From NCBI GenBank assembly GCA_964621445.1, contig CAZUNO010000002.1, positions 107,151-171,150 on the forward strand: a stretch of 64,000 bases of DNA. Reading direction: 5' to 3'. A model generated the notes under the pieces. It was not told where the DNA came from. It saw only the letters and a list, made by a program, of their open reading frames with translations, and did not search any database. Position 1 is the stretch's first letter. Each line of letters opens with the position of its first letter. Origin of the DNA: Candidatus Hadarchaeota archaeon. GTDB lineage: Archaea; CAYQAE01; CAYVLA01. Below are positions 19,272 to 30,100 of the stretch, piece after piece. The position numbers were made by a program, and so were the translations under genes.

Positions 19272-20777
19272 CTACTCCACCCAGATGGGCGAGGACCATG
19301 CTGTCTGACCATCCTCCTGTTGGACCCTGACATAGTAGTAGTTATTGCCTTCATCTATGGGCAGATCCTGCAAATCCATTCCGACCAGGCATGCATCCCG
19401 GGGATAGGCAGGATGGAATTTCACCTTTCGTGCATTGTGATAGTAGATATCGGGGTTCCGGACCTCCTTCTCCTTAAGGCCAAAGGTCGATTCCACCCTT
19501 TCGATCGATTCCTCCATGAATGGAAATAGATGAGCCGAATCCAAACATTCGATAAGATCAAGACTAAACTCTCTATCATCTATCGATAGATTCAAGGTTG
19601 TCGATTTACCTCCCTCAATGGTGAATATTAGTCCCTGCCTGAAAGACGGGCGTCCATCGCGAGATGTGGTCAGCTCGAAGCTGCAGCTATCCTTCTTCCG
19701 GTGAAACCTTTGACCCAGGCCCGAGAACCTTGGCTCGACCTTTATCATCTGGCCGTTTATAACCCTCAACCTCCCCGCCCATTCCTGTTGCACGTCCTCA
19801 AAACCGTAACGCTTGGCCGGCCCCCAACCGAACTCGACCAGAATCTTGAAAATGCCCTCCTCTTGGACCCCCCACTTGCCGGCGTGGCAATATGTCTCGA
19901 TGATTTGGCCGTTGTGTATCAGCTCAACTCTATCCAGGGGCTGTGGGCATTCGACATCTATTCGCCCCTCTAATTTTCCCGGATCTTTCATTATTGAACC
20001 GAGTGGTTTTCCATTGATTTCAAACCAAAGATTGATCCTATCTCCCGTCGAGGCAATGGTGCGCCTATCCTTCAGGGCCTCCCATATGGCTTCGCGGGTC
20101 AGACTTTTAGCCCAAATCCCAGCGATACCCAGAGGCCAACTTCCGGGCAGGCCGGCACTATCATTTGATGCGATACAACCTATTCTAATCCCCCTGTCCA
20201 GGGCGTCCCTAAAGTTACCCCCACTGGTCCTCGGCCCCATGGACCTATTGCCTTCCATCTTGACCCTGGTGTCCACACCCTCGGAGGAGCCATGGGTGGA
20301 ATATATCTCCATCACTGGGCATAGAGATGAATCTATCACGTCCCAATTTTTGCCTCTGTGTTCGGGTATGTAGGCGGTGTGGTGTGGAATTGCCAGGGCA
20401 TCTCGGTTCCTCAAGTGGGAAAAAAGGTTTTCAAGTTCCCAGGCATCATCCAGGGGTCCGTCCTCGAAGTAGATAACGTTGTGATCGCCGTATTCGGTAC
20501 GGTTTCCATGCCACTCATATCCAAGAAATGTTACGAAATCCCCCTCCCTGTTGTGGTCCCTTGAAGCCGTGCGGAGCCTTTTCCACCACTCCAGGAAGTC
20601 GGGTCTTTGTCTAACCGATTCAATCCTCGCTCCCTTTACTCTATCCCATTGAAAGGGGTAACAAAGAACACAATAAACGTCCAGATTATATTTTGCATAA
20701 TCAATTATTTGGTCACATCTATCCATATCAACTAGGTGTTTATGGAAGTCTCCCCAGTATAGATTAAAACCCGACAT
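19272..20777 (-). CDS. DUF3604/PHP-like metallohydrolase
   Basis: 501 aa with the N-terminal LYWGDFHKH motif, of the PHP/CehA-McbA type, and further His-rich motifs. Confidence 0.5.
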   Translation of the reverse strand: MSGFNLYWGDFHKHLVDMDRCDQIIDYAKYNLDVYCVLCYPFQWDRVKGARIESVRQRPDFLEWWKRLRTASRDHNREGDFVTFLGYEWHGNRTEYGDHNVIYFEDGPLDDAWELENLFSHLRNRDALAIPHHTAYIPEHRGKNWDVIDSSLCPVMEIYSTHGSSEGVDTRVKMEGNRSMGPRTSGGNFRDALDRGIRIGCIASNDSAGLPGSWPLGIAGIWAKSLTREAIWEALKDRRTIASTGDRINLWFEINGKPLGSIMKDPGKLEGRIDVECPQPLDRVELIHNGQIIETYCHAGKWGVQEEGIFKILVEFGWGPAKRYGFEDVQQEWAGRLRVINGQMIKVEPRFSGLGQRFHRKKDSCSFELTTSRDGRPSFRQGLIFTIEGGKSTTLNLSIDDREFSLDLIECLDSAHLFPFMEESIERVESTFGLKEKEVRNPDIYYHNARKVKFHPAYPRDACLVGMDLQDLPIDEGNNYYYVRVQQEDGQTAWSSPIWVE

Positions 20778-21073
20778 CTTAACCCATTACCTCTTTTCAA
20801 GAAGATAACATGGCATCTATTAGGTCTTATCCAGGGGATTGGGAATTCTCAGAACCGGATTGTTAATAAGGGCGGTAGATCTGCTGCCAAAGCTCAGGCT
20901 TCGGCGGGTTAAAAGGGGAAATACGGCAACAAATTGTTCCTAATAGACAACGTATTGTACGATATAGCCCACCATGGCAAAAACAATAGCCCAATAGGCG
21001 ATGCTGAAATATAGAAATCTCAAGGACTTTGCACCTTACCTCACCCCCCCTCCATTTAGCTTAAAAATATTTT

Positions 21074-21676
21074 CTAATCATCCGAAGTATCGCAGACTTC
21101 TCTACCTTCAATTCCCCCTTTGAGGGCACTATAGCCCTTAACTTCCTTCCCCTCTTCGCGTGCTCCCAGGATAATATCACATAGGTAGTAAAGAGCGGGG
21201 TGGATCATGAACTCCAACCTCTGTGGTTTTCGGGAATCGCTAAGGATAAGCACCGGACATGACCTTGATAACTCCTCTAGGTATCCATGTGCTCCTAGCC
21301 AAAGCTCCCTCTTCTCCTCGAATTTGGTGGTTGGATCCGTGGTCATGATGAGGGAATTCGGTCTGTTAACGATCACCGTTCCCTTGTCCTCCACCTCCAC
21401 GGCACCTTTTAGATCTGATATTAATTCTCCCGCGTTTTCCGGGTGGCTGATTAACAGCATTGCCGCCGGCCAGTTTGAACCGTGCTCGAAGTCATTTAGG
21501 GTGATAGTATGATCGCAATCTAGAATCAGGGCTCTTTTTTCTTCATCCAAGGCCATCTTATAGGCCTGGCTAGCCAGGTTTAGATTGGCACGTGGATGAT
21601 ATCCCAGAACAAGGGATATACCTTCATTCCAAAGTAATCCAGAAACGTCCTGCTCCGAAAGGACGGAATCAGTCAT
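21074..21676 (-). CDS. hypothetical protein
   Basis: 200-aa ORF with good coding character. It ends 24 nt from the tRNA-Gln 3' end. No confident family assignment. Confidence 0.4.
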   Translation of the reverse strand: MTDSVLSEQDVSGLLWNEGISLVLGYHPRANLNLASQAYKMALDEEKRALILDCDHTITLNDFEHGSNWPAAMLLISHPENAGELISDLKGAVEVEDKGTVIVNRPNSLIMTTDPTTKFEEKRELWLGAHGYLEELSRSCPVLILSDSRKPQRLEFMIHPALYYLCDIILGAREEGKEVKGYSALKGGIEGREVCDTSDD

Positions 21677-21700
21677 TTGCTTGCCCCGGGGAGAAGAGAT

Positions 21701-21808
21701 AGCCCGGTACGGATTTTCGGCCTAAGAGGCATTCGAACCGCAGTCCACGGATATCTCCGAAACAGGATCGCCAGAGTCCGCGATGCTTGACCGCTACACT
21801 ACCGGGCT
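21701..21808 (-). tRNA. tRNA-Gln(CUG), 108 nt, with two 18-nt insertions: a canonical 37/38 intron and a T-loop insertion
   Basis: The minus strand reads AGCCCGG-TA-GTGT-AGCGGTCAA-GCAT-C-GCGGA-CUCUGG / intron 21753-21770 / A-UCCGU-GGAC-UGCGG-UUCGAAU / insert 21713-21730 / CCGUA-CCGGGCU-A. The A1:U72 pair, GTGTAGCGGTCAAGCAT D-arm and UUCGAAU T-loop are those I recall for archaeal tRNA-Gln. The anticodon CUG is at 34-36. Confidence 0.7.
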
Positions 21809-21837
21809 ATTCCAAGTTCATTTGGGATTCCGATTTA

Positions 21838-23118
21838 TTAACTATTTCTTGCCCAATCTGAAACAAAGACCCGGGGACGTTCAAGGGTGAAAATTCCCGG
21901 CATGATCCCATTAATTTCCCTCTCGGGTCTCGTTCGTCTGTAAACCTCTCTTAGAATTTTCTCCTCTCGATCGTTAGGAACCAAATTTCTCCTAGACATC
22001 ACCCTGCGCTGGGTGGTGAGCGCCGATTTGAGCTTTAACTCCTTGGATTCTCCATTATTTCCGTCCGCCCACATGGAAAATGATGGAATGCAACCTAGCC
22101 CTTCTCCATAGATCTGGCTGGCAACGCCGAGGCTTGTACCAGGATTTATCTTCACCCCTGCCGACAATTTTACGTGATCCGCTATTGCACAACCGAGCTT
22201 CATCAGCCCGGTGTCGATTTCTCCATCCTCTCTCCTTACCCTTACCGGTCCATATGAATTTTTAAGCTCGCTGGTTATGGTACCCGCACCTACATTGACC
22301 CACTGGGATATGTAGGATCGTGCTATAAGTGACGCATGGCTGATGTTTGAATGGGCCATCATTATCGACTCGGAACATTCACCATGAACTTTGCACCCCT
22401 CCATTATTACCGATTCCGGACCTACCTCTCCTCCCATGACCACCGTTTCCTTCCCTATGTAGATCGGCCCCCGGATCATGCTGTGTGAACGAACCTCCAC
22501 TCCATTATCGAGATATATGGGGCCATCACGGGTATCAAGAAGGCAAAAGGGTTCGATGTAGGTATTTTTATGGCAAAAGAGATCGCGGCCCAGAACACTC
22601 GAACTTGGCAAACTGGTTATCCTTTTCCCGTGTTTCGAGAGTGAAAAAAGGTCCTTTGATAGGGCACTCCCATTGTTGATTATCAAGTCCCAGAAATATT
22701 CGATCATGTGAGCAGATTCATCGAGATCTATCTCCTCAACCTCCCTAGGAAGGGAATCCTCATTAAAACCGGATCTCTTGAACTTTATCCCCTCCTCTTG
22801 TCCAAGAAAAGCGGCGGCCAGTTCCCCATCAACGAAGAAAGCTATCTTCCCCGTCTCTGACCCCGATACCAGATCCCTTAACTGATATCCAAGATCAAGC
22901 ACCCTTCCGTTAACGAAAAGGGTCCTCCCCCTTATCTTAGGATCGGGGCGGTAGCTGAGATAATCCCTGCATATGTACCTGAAATCGAATTCAGGAAGTG
23001 CCTCCTCTATTCTATCGCCCAGTGTCTGCGCACCACAGACCAGGTCGTAAACAGGCCTCGTCCATGTCAGTGGCAGTAGCCGCTTGAATCCTTCGTCCTC
23101 GTAAATTATCCCATTCAT
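21838..23118 (-). CDS. GlmU-like sugar-phosphate nucleotidyltransferase / left-handed beta-helix acyltransferase (putative alternative GlmU)
   Basis: The N-terminus IIYEDEGFKRLLPLTWTRP is nucleotidyltransferase-like. The C-terminal hexapeptide-repeat region (VNVGAGTITSELKN...) indicates an LbH fold. It lies immediately downstream of glmS. Confidence 0.6.
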   Translation of the reverse strand: MNGIIYEDEGFKRLLPLTWTRPVYDLVCGAQTLGDRIEEALPEFDFRYICRDYLSYRPDPKIRGRTLFVNGRVLDLGYQLRDLVSGSETGKIAFFVDGELAAAFLGQEEGIKFKRSGFNEDSLPREVEEIDLDESAHMIEYFWDLIINNGSALSKDLFSLSKHGKRITSLPSSSVLGRDLFCHKNTYIEPFCLLDTRDGPIYLDNGVEVRSHSMIRGPIYIGKETVVMGGEVGPESVIMEGCKVHGECSESIMMAHSNISHASLIARSYISQWVNVGAGTITSELKNSYGPVRVRREDGEIDTGLMKLGCAIADHVKLSAGVKINPGTSLGVASQIYGEGLGCIPSFSMWADGNNGESKELKLKSALTTQRRVMSRRNLVPNDREEKILREVYRRTRPEREINGIMPGIFTLERPRVFVSDWARNS

Positions 23119-23122
23119 TCAA

Positions 23123-24883
23123 TCACCTAACCGTAACACATTTGGCAAGATTCCTAGGTCTATCCGGATTGTTACCCCTCAAAATGGCCATATGATAGGC
23201 CAGAAGCTGCGCCGGTACAATGCCCATTACGGAAAAAAGATCCCCCGAACCGGGAACGACGAATTGTTCATCAAATTCCAGCTCATCTCCATTTGTTATC
23301 CCAATTAACCTTGCTCCCCGTGTTTTTGCCTCTCGGGCGCTATTCACGATCCCCAGGCTGTCCTGAGCAGCAAAAACTAGGCAGGGCACGCCCTCAGATA
23401 TCAGAGCCAGGCTGCCATGACGGAGCTCGCTCCCCTCCAGGCCCAGGGAGGGAAGATAGCATATCTCCCGGATCTTCAACGCGGTCTCAAGGGCGGAAGG
23501 ATAGGTCAGGTCCCGTCCGATAACGGCAATTACCGATGAGTCCTTCATGGATTTTGCCAACCTGCCGGCCTCTTCATCCCATCTTGGTATCCATGTGGCC
23601 ATGGACCCAGCTGCTTCAATAAGCTTCGACCTTCCCCGGTCCATGGTACCCCTCATTGCCTGGGCCATTAGGTAAAATGCAGCTACCTCCGCGATATAGG
23701 TCTTGGTCGCGGCCACGCTCACTTCGACCCCGGCACCCAAACATATGGAGAAATCGCTTGCCCTTTCCAGGGTCGACTGGGCATTATTCATCATCCCCAC
23801 AACCCGGGTTCCCTGTCCTCGGGCGCATTCAACGGCGTCCAGAATATCGCTGGTCTCTCCCGACTGACTCACCGCCAATACCAGGTCATTCTCCCCCAAA
23901 ATTTTGCTAAAAGAGGAAAAGCGGGATGAGAGCATGGGGTAGGTGCACAAGCCCCCTAGTTCGTTAATTAGGTAGGAACCGGTCAGACAAGCGTGATAGC
24001 TTGTCCCCGAACCAATCAGGAACGCTCTCTCACACCTGGAAATAGCACCCGCCATTTCCTCCAGGCCCTGAATTGAGCTCTTCCCGGACCTGTACAAGAC
24101 ATTCGGCTGCTGGTATATCTCCTTCTTCATGAAATGGGCGTAGCCGGATCTTCCAAGGTCCCTCGACCAATCCATTCTTGTATGAGACCGTCTTGTGACT
24201 GATCTCCCCTGCGAGCTCTCGATTAGTTCGGATCTTCCCTGCGAGATTAAGGCGATCTCGCCATCCTCGAGGGCTGTGAAGTTGCAGACGAATTTGGGCA
24301 GGCAGAAGGGGTCGGAGGAGGCCACACGGCCATCGGGTCCCTCCCCTATGACCAGCGGAAGACCTTTTTTGCAGGCCACTATGTGATCCCGGTCCCAGGA
24401 CGTCAGGACCAGAAAAGAGTACTTTCCCTCCAGCCTCCGAGAGCTATTTGAAATTGCAATGGACAACTCACTTCCTTCCCGAACCTCTTCCTCGACCAGG
24501 TGACTTATCACCTCGGTGTCGGTATCGCTGGTGAATCTGTGTCCCCGATTCGTGAGTTCCTCCCTGAGAATGTCCGCATTCTCAACGATTCCGTTGTGAA
24601 CTATTGCGATATTACCGGAGCAATCAACCTGTGGATGGGCATTGGAAATGGTGACCTCCCCATGCGTGGCCCACCGGGTATGCCCTATCCCGATATTGCC
24701 CCCGAGCTCCCCCCCAGCGCTGGACAGGCCCTCGACTGGACCCATGCATTTCTTCCACTGCAACTCCCTATCAATGGTGGCAATACCGGCCGAGTCATAT
24801 CCCCGATATTCCAGTTTAGCCAGGCATTCCATTAGAATCGGTGCCGCCCTTCCTTTGCCAATATACCCGATAATACCACACAT
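23123..24883 (-). CDS. glmS: glutamine--fructose-6-phosphate aminotransferase (isomerising)
   Basis: MCGIIGYIG N-terminal nucleophile (Ntn) amidotransferase start. Two SIS domains. C-terminal ...NPDRPRNLAKCVTVR. Confidence 0.95.
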   Translation of the reverse strand: MCGIIGYIGKGRAAPILMECLAKLEYRGYDSAGIATIDRELQWKKCMGPVEGLSSAGGELGGNIGIGHTRWATHGEVTISNAHPQVDCSGNIAIVHNGIVENADILREELTNRGHRFTSDTDTEVISHLVEEEVREGSELSIAISNSSRRLEGKYSFLVLTSWDRDHIVACKKGLPLVIGEGPDGRVASSDPFCLPKFVCNFTALEDGEIALISQGRSELIESSQGRSVTRRSHTRMDWSRDLGRSGYAHFMKKEIYQQPNVLYRSGKSSIQGLEEMAGAISRCERAFLIGSGTSYHACLTGSYLINELGGLCTYPMLSSRFSSFSKILGENDLVLAVSQSGETSDILDAVECARGQGTRVVGMMNNAQSTLERASDFSICLGAGVEVSVAATKTYIAEVAAFYLMAQAMRGTMDRGRSKLIEAAGSMATWIPRWDEEAGRLAKSMKDSSVIAVIGRDLTYPSALETALKIREICYLPSLGLEGSELRHGSLALISEGVPCLVFAAQDSLGIVNSAREAKTRGARLIGITNGDELEFDEQFVVPGSGDLFSVMGIVPAQLLAYHMAILRGNNPDRPRNLAKCVTVR

Positions 24884-24916
24884 CTACAAAATCTGTTCTA
24901 GTAGTTAGTTTTCTTT

Positions 24917-26002
24917 ATGGAAAACTATTTCTCAAAATGTATTTTTTCCGGTATGATTCAATTTGTAGTGATGGTTAGGTATTGTGAGGTCTATGGCCTC
25001 CAAAAGAAGCACCACCAAAAACTTTTTTACCACTGGTTGAAAAGCGGTCCTGTGATAATTCTCAACCGTAAGGAAGGCAGATACTACTCCAGAGAAGCCA
25101 AAGTTGTCGAGAACCCCGAGGATCTAAAGGCCATTCTCAGCAGGATCAGGTGGAAGATCCTGGAGCTCCTTTCCGAAGAGCCGATGTACCCGGCAGAAAT
25201 CGCTAGAAATCTGCATATGCAGGAACAGAAGGTCCATTATCACGTCAAGTATTTGAGAAATGCAGGTGCCATCGAGCCCTGCCGCCGGGAACGCATCAGA
25301 GGGGGACTGGCAACCTACTACAAGCCTTCTTCTCCGGCCTTCGCCGTTGTTCTGCCGTTTGGGGAAAGCGAGTTCTCGAACATCAAACCCGGTCTTGAGG
25401 AAAATGCTCTGACATCCTTCCTTTCCTCCTTTACCAGGGATGGAACACTCAATGCGCGCATGATTGTGGGATCACCGATACCTCACGGCCCATTCAAGGC
25501 CACAGCAAGAGACGGCCATTACGTCGCCCATCTCGGTCTCTTCCTGGGTCACTTCGTGAAGGTTCCGGACCATTTCTGTGTCAAGTTGGATACGGATCTC
25601 AAGGCAGAGAAGGAGGAGGACCAGGACCTGATCCTAATCGGCGGGCCGGGAACCAATCTCATAACCAGCGAGGTAAACCCCGAGCTGCCAATACGTTTTA
25701 GCGAGGACAACTTCTGGCGGGGAATAGAATCGAGTCAAAGCGGGGATCACTATACCCAGGACTCCGTGGGTATCGTCGCCAAGATACCAAATCCAAAGAA
25801 TGATGATGCTTCCATTCTGGTGCTGGCCGGTCTGAGGGCGATTGGAACCAAGTCCACCGTTCTTGGTCTCTGCGACCAGTGGGAGGAACTCCTGAAGGGG
25901 TATCACGGCCAGGACACCTGGGCCTGTGCGGTTAGGGGATACGATTTCGATGGAGACGGGAAGGTGGATGGGGTGGAGGTACTCGAGAGGGTTACCTCCT
26001 AG
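24917..26002 (+). CDS. ArsR-type winged-helix transcriptional regulator fused to a large uncharacterised C-terminal domain
   Basis: The HTH is ILSRIRWKILELLSEEPMYPAEIARNLHMQEQKVHYHVKYLRNAGAIE. About 230 residues of unknown domain follow. The true start may lie downstream of the track start. Confidence 0.5.
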   Translation: MENYFSKCIFSGMIQFVVMVRYCEVYGLQKKHHQKLFYHWLKSGPVIILNRKEGRYYSREAKVVENPEDLKAILSRIRWKILELLSEEPMYPAEIARNLHMQEQKVHYHVKYLRNAGAIEPCRRERIRGGLATYYKPSSPAFAVVLPFGESEFSNIKPGLEENALTSFLSSFTRDGTLNARMIVGSPIPHGPFKATARDGHYVAHLGLFLGHFVKVPDHFCVKLDTDLKAEKEEDQDLILIGGPGTNLITSEVNPELPIRFSEDNFWRGIESSQSGDHYTQDSVGIVAKIPNPKNDDASILVLAGLRAIGTKSTVLGLCDQWEELLKGYHGQDTWACAVRGYDFDGDGKVDGVEVLERVTS

Positions 26003-26156
26003 CCAGTTGGGAGGCCACGGGGAAACATAATTGCACGAATAATATCACTAGGTGACACTTTTAAGAAACCTGGAGAAGATAGAAACCCACGAACTGGCAC
26101 CAAAGCCCTATTACCATTAATTGGAAAACGGGCTGGTCCGGACGGGAGGAATAAAC

Positions 26157-27182
26157 ATGGCCAAAATGAAACAGGCTAACCTGATAGGTGAAACCAAGCT
26201 AGAGCTTGAGGAGGCAGAAATCCCTGAGCCCAAACGACGGGAAATCCAGATCAAGATCGAGGTATGCGGTATCTGTGGGTCGGATGTACATGCATATTAC
26301 GGAAAACATCCTTTCGTAAGCCCGCCCATCGTGCCTGGACACGAGTTCTCGGGAACCATATCCAAACTTGGAGAAGGAGTCGGTGGGTTCAAAGCGGGGG
26401 ATCGGGTCACCGTTGAGCCCTCACTTACCTGTGGTGAATGTTATAACTGCAGACATGGACTCTACAACATCTGTGCAAACCTTGAGGTACTTGGTTGCCA
26501 AGCTCCGGGGGCCTTTGCTCAATACATAAGCGTACCCGCAGAGAAGGTATATTCCCTCCCCGACGAGCTCGATTTCGATGCCGGTGCACTGGTGGAACCC
26601 TCCGCAGTGGGGGTACACGCGGTCAGGAAAAGCGAGCTCGGTCTCGGGGATCGAGTCGTCGTTTTGGGTGCGGGAGTGATCGGACAGACGATAGTTCAGG
26701 CTGCTAGAGTGGCCGGGGCCGGTGAAATCATCGTCACCGGGCATCACGAGGGAAGGCTTGAGGTGGCCGAGGAGTTGGGTGCCGATGTAACATTCCTCGC
26801 CGGGGACACCGTGAAATTCATCGAGGACAACTACGGCCCCGACGGGATTGATATCGTCTATGAGGCCGTGGGAGTTGGCACCACCATAAATCAGGCCATC
26901 GATATAGTACGAAAGGGAGCAAAGGTCATAGTAGTGGGGGTATTTGGCAAACACCCGGAGACCAAGGTCGGTCTCATACAGGATAAGGAGATCGACATGC
27001 GAGGGGCCCTGATGTATGTACAGGAGGACTACCCCAGGACCATTGATCTTATTGCCAAGGGTGAAATAAAGACTGAGCCCCTCATAACCTCCCGTTATCC
27101 GCTCGAACGGGTCTCAGAAGCCTTCGATCTAATTATGAACCAAAGGGACGACACCCTGAAGGTCCTTCTGGACATTCCTTAG
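26157..27182 (+). CDS. zinc-dependent alcohol/polyol dehydrogenase (MDR family; sorbitol or threonine dehydrogenase-like)
   Basis: VCGICGSDVHAYYG; the structural-zinc Cys cluster CGECYNCRHGLYNIC; the Rossmann motif VLGAGVIGQ. The ATG at 26157 is preceded by GGAGG. Confidence 0.85.
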   Translation: MAKMKQANLIGETKLELEEAEIPEPKRREIQIKIEVCGICGSDVHAYYGKHPFVSPPIVPGHEFSGTISKLGEGVGGFKAGDRVTVEPSLTCGECYNCRHGLYNICANLEVLGCQAPGAFAQYISVPAEKVYSLPDELDFDAGALVEPSAVGVHAVRKSELGLGDRVVVLGAGVIGQTIVQAARVAGAGEIIVTGHHEGRLEVAEELGADVTFLAGDTVKFIEDNYGPDGIDIVYEAVGVGTTINQAIDIVRKGAKVIVVGVFGKHPETKVGLIQDKEIDMRGALMYVQEDYPRTIDLIAKGEIKTEPLITSRYPLERVSEAFDLIMNQRDDTLKVLLDIP

Positions 27183-30100
27183 ATCCCATTCCTGGCGCCA
27201 AACGTCTTCAGGCCGAATACTAGGACCATGCAGCCTATCAATAGGCTCAAAACGGCAAGCGGGAACGTGTTCCCGGTGGATGTCCTGAATCCAACATCCC
27301 CGGAAGGCTCTTCCATATTTTCATCTCCAAAGCGCGATGCGACCTCGCCGCTTACCTGGAAGTCCACCCCCCTCGCCTCCGTTCTGACCTCGGGCTTGTA
27401 GTAGGAATATGCCGTGCTTGTCCCTCCCTTGGCCTTTACCGGTAGCAATGCCCTTATGTCAAACCCTATCTCGAGTTCCTCGCCTCTCTGAAGATCGTCG
27501 ACATAGAAGATCACCTTCCTTCCACCTATCTCGTATCGGGTGGCCAGTCCATCGGAAATTACCTGTTCGAGGCTGGAGTGCACGGGGGAGAATCCCGTGG
27601 GAACCGAAATGTCCAGGATCATCATGCCCGTCGAGTTGTAGGCCCCGGTGTATCTTGCCCTGGCAAGAACGTGAACTATGTCGTCCACCTCCACGCTTGT
27701 GGTATTGTATTCGATATCGAGCTCGAATTCGGGATTCGGATTCAAATCGCCAGGAAGGTTGAATCTCTTGGCCAGCTGAATTGTTACCTCACCCTCCCCC
27801 TTCATCTCGACAACCAGCTCCTCTCCTGCCAACGGGATGTCAATCACGTTTAGGACATCGAAGTTCTCCGCGGTTAGTTCCAGCGTGGTTAGCTTCTCGC
27901 CATCGACCTTTACCTCTATGGAGGAGTCAATGGTTCGAGTCTGCAGGCGTGCCGCCTTCATCAAGGCCTTCAAAGCCCACACCGTGTCCTGGGTGCTGCA
28001 GAAGCCACCCAAGGAGTTCCTCTGAGATGACAGCCAACGTACGGCTTGTTCGGCCTCTGACCTGCCCTCCAACATGAGTGCAAGAGCGGCGTAGGAAGTC
28101 GTCTCCACCGCATTTGATCTCTCTGACCCAGCGGCCCAGAATATCCCATGCTCATCCGTTCGGGCCATTTCCAGAAGGCGGCTTATCGCCTGCTCTGCAT
28201 GGGGAGAACCAACCTTCTCCAGAAGAAGGGCCGCCAGGGCAAGAGTGTAGGGGTCCTCGGCCTGGATGGCGTTCTCCTCGATATACTGCACGGCCGCCTG
28301 AAGGCTGTCCTCGGCATTTCCATAATCTGATAGTGCTATGCCCACAAATGCAGTTAGAGCACTTCTGGACGATGGATCAAGACCACCAAGCATCTCCTGG
28401 TGACAAACGAAGCCAACGGGACTGAAGGAGCCGTTTCCATTTTGATGATCCCCAATCCAGGAGGCAGCATCCGAGAGCACGGTACTATCTATGCTCATTA
28501 CCTCCCTGCATTCGCTGAAGATATCCAGGACAAATGAGGTCAGGAAGAGACTGCCCTGGTCATCGTTTTCACCGAATGCCGAGAAGGATCCATCGCTCCT
28601 TCGGAAGGTCAGCTCTCGCTGGTAGCCGGTGGTCAAGAAATGCTCGGCCTTGGCCCTTATCTCCGGCTTGATTTGCCCGGTTGCATCCAGGTACCGGAGA
28701 ATCTCCAGATCAGGGGCCATGAACATCATGTTCTGTTCCCCACACCCGTAGGGCATACCCAAAAGATCGTCCACCCCGTTGATGGTCTGTGCAACCATGC
28801 TTGGAGTAACTGCAAGCTGGATAGTTCCAGAGTCATCTACCATGGCCGGAGGCATGCTTAGATTGAATTTAAGGGGGCTATCCTCGGTGATTATGTCGTT
28901 TACCACCGTTTCACAGGGAGTTCCCTCGGGCTCCACCCGTATGTTCCTCTTAACCGCGTCCGCCCTCTCATGAGTACGGGCCGTTATCTCTATCTTGAAC
29001 TGGCCAACCTTCTCCGGCCTGATGGTGAAACCTATTGAGGCCACGGAGTTACCGGGAACGGTTACGATCTTTACCCTTTCATCAACTAGTTGGAACCACG
29101 AGTCCTCCTTTAGCTCCACCTGCACCTTCTGACTGTTCTCCACGTAATTGTAGATCTGTACCAATACCGGGAACTCCTCGCCCCGGGTAACTGCATAGGG
29201 CAGGTCAGGCTCCACGAAGAAATCCTGGAAAACCTTTAGCGAGCCTTCCGTCATCCCTATGCCCTGGGGGGAGGAGCTGACGGCGTGCAGCTTCCAGGTG
29301 GTTATGGTGTCGGGGGCAGTTAGCTTGACGCTGGCCCGGCCGGTCTCGTCGGTCATCAGGGTCGGGTTCCAGTACCAGGTTTCAGGGAAAAACTGCCTAA
29401 CCCGCTTTACCTCGGCCAATTCGCTGTCCTGACCGGCGGATTGGGATTTTGGCGCGGCAAAATTATCTCCACCGGCCGCCTCCAGAACCTGTAATCCATC
29501 CCTACGTAACCAATCGGGCTGGCCCTGGGGCACATCCAAGGAGCTCGAGGTCATGACCTGAATACCCGCATCCTCGAAAACCTCCATTGATCCTCGTCTC
29601 TCCGTTAAAGGCCACAGGCGGTGGCCATCGGGATGAGCCTCGGCCTGAGGACGCATGAAGATCTTCTCCAGCTCGTTGAAAACCTGTTTTAGGTTGAGCC
29701 TCCCCTCGTTCAGGGCATATACCGATTCATCCACTATGGACAGGCCTATCATGGTGGCAACGCCTGAGCTCGATTCGATGTCCAATGTGACCTCTTCTCC
29801 CGGTTCGCATTTATCCTTGGAAAACTCCGCCGACAGATTCACGGGGTTTACCAGGTCAACGTCGAAGGGAATCGAGTCCGCGGCCACCTCCAGGTTGGGA
29901 TTTATCACGTAGGCAACCAGCTTGGCCTTGGGCATCATATCGGGAGTTACCTTGAAGGAGATATACCTCCCATCAGCATAACCCGAGTGTATGGTCCTGC
30001 CACCTGATACCACATCATAATAGGCATTTCTATCTGCGGTGGTCAAGACCTCGAATGTGACCTCTTCCCCCACACTCACCTCGGCAGGCGAGATCTGCAC

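Noticed and set aside
20778-21073. Possible att-site repeat of the tRNA-Gln 3' end, which would mark an integrated element. It was suggested by ATAGCCCACCATGG resembling the tRNA end ATAGCCCGGTAC.
   Set aside because: Only about 9 of 12 nt match. No integrase or recombinase is present between here and the tRNA. This is insufficient evidence for a mobile element.
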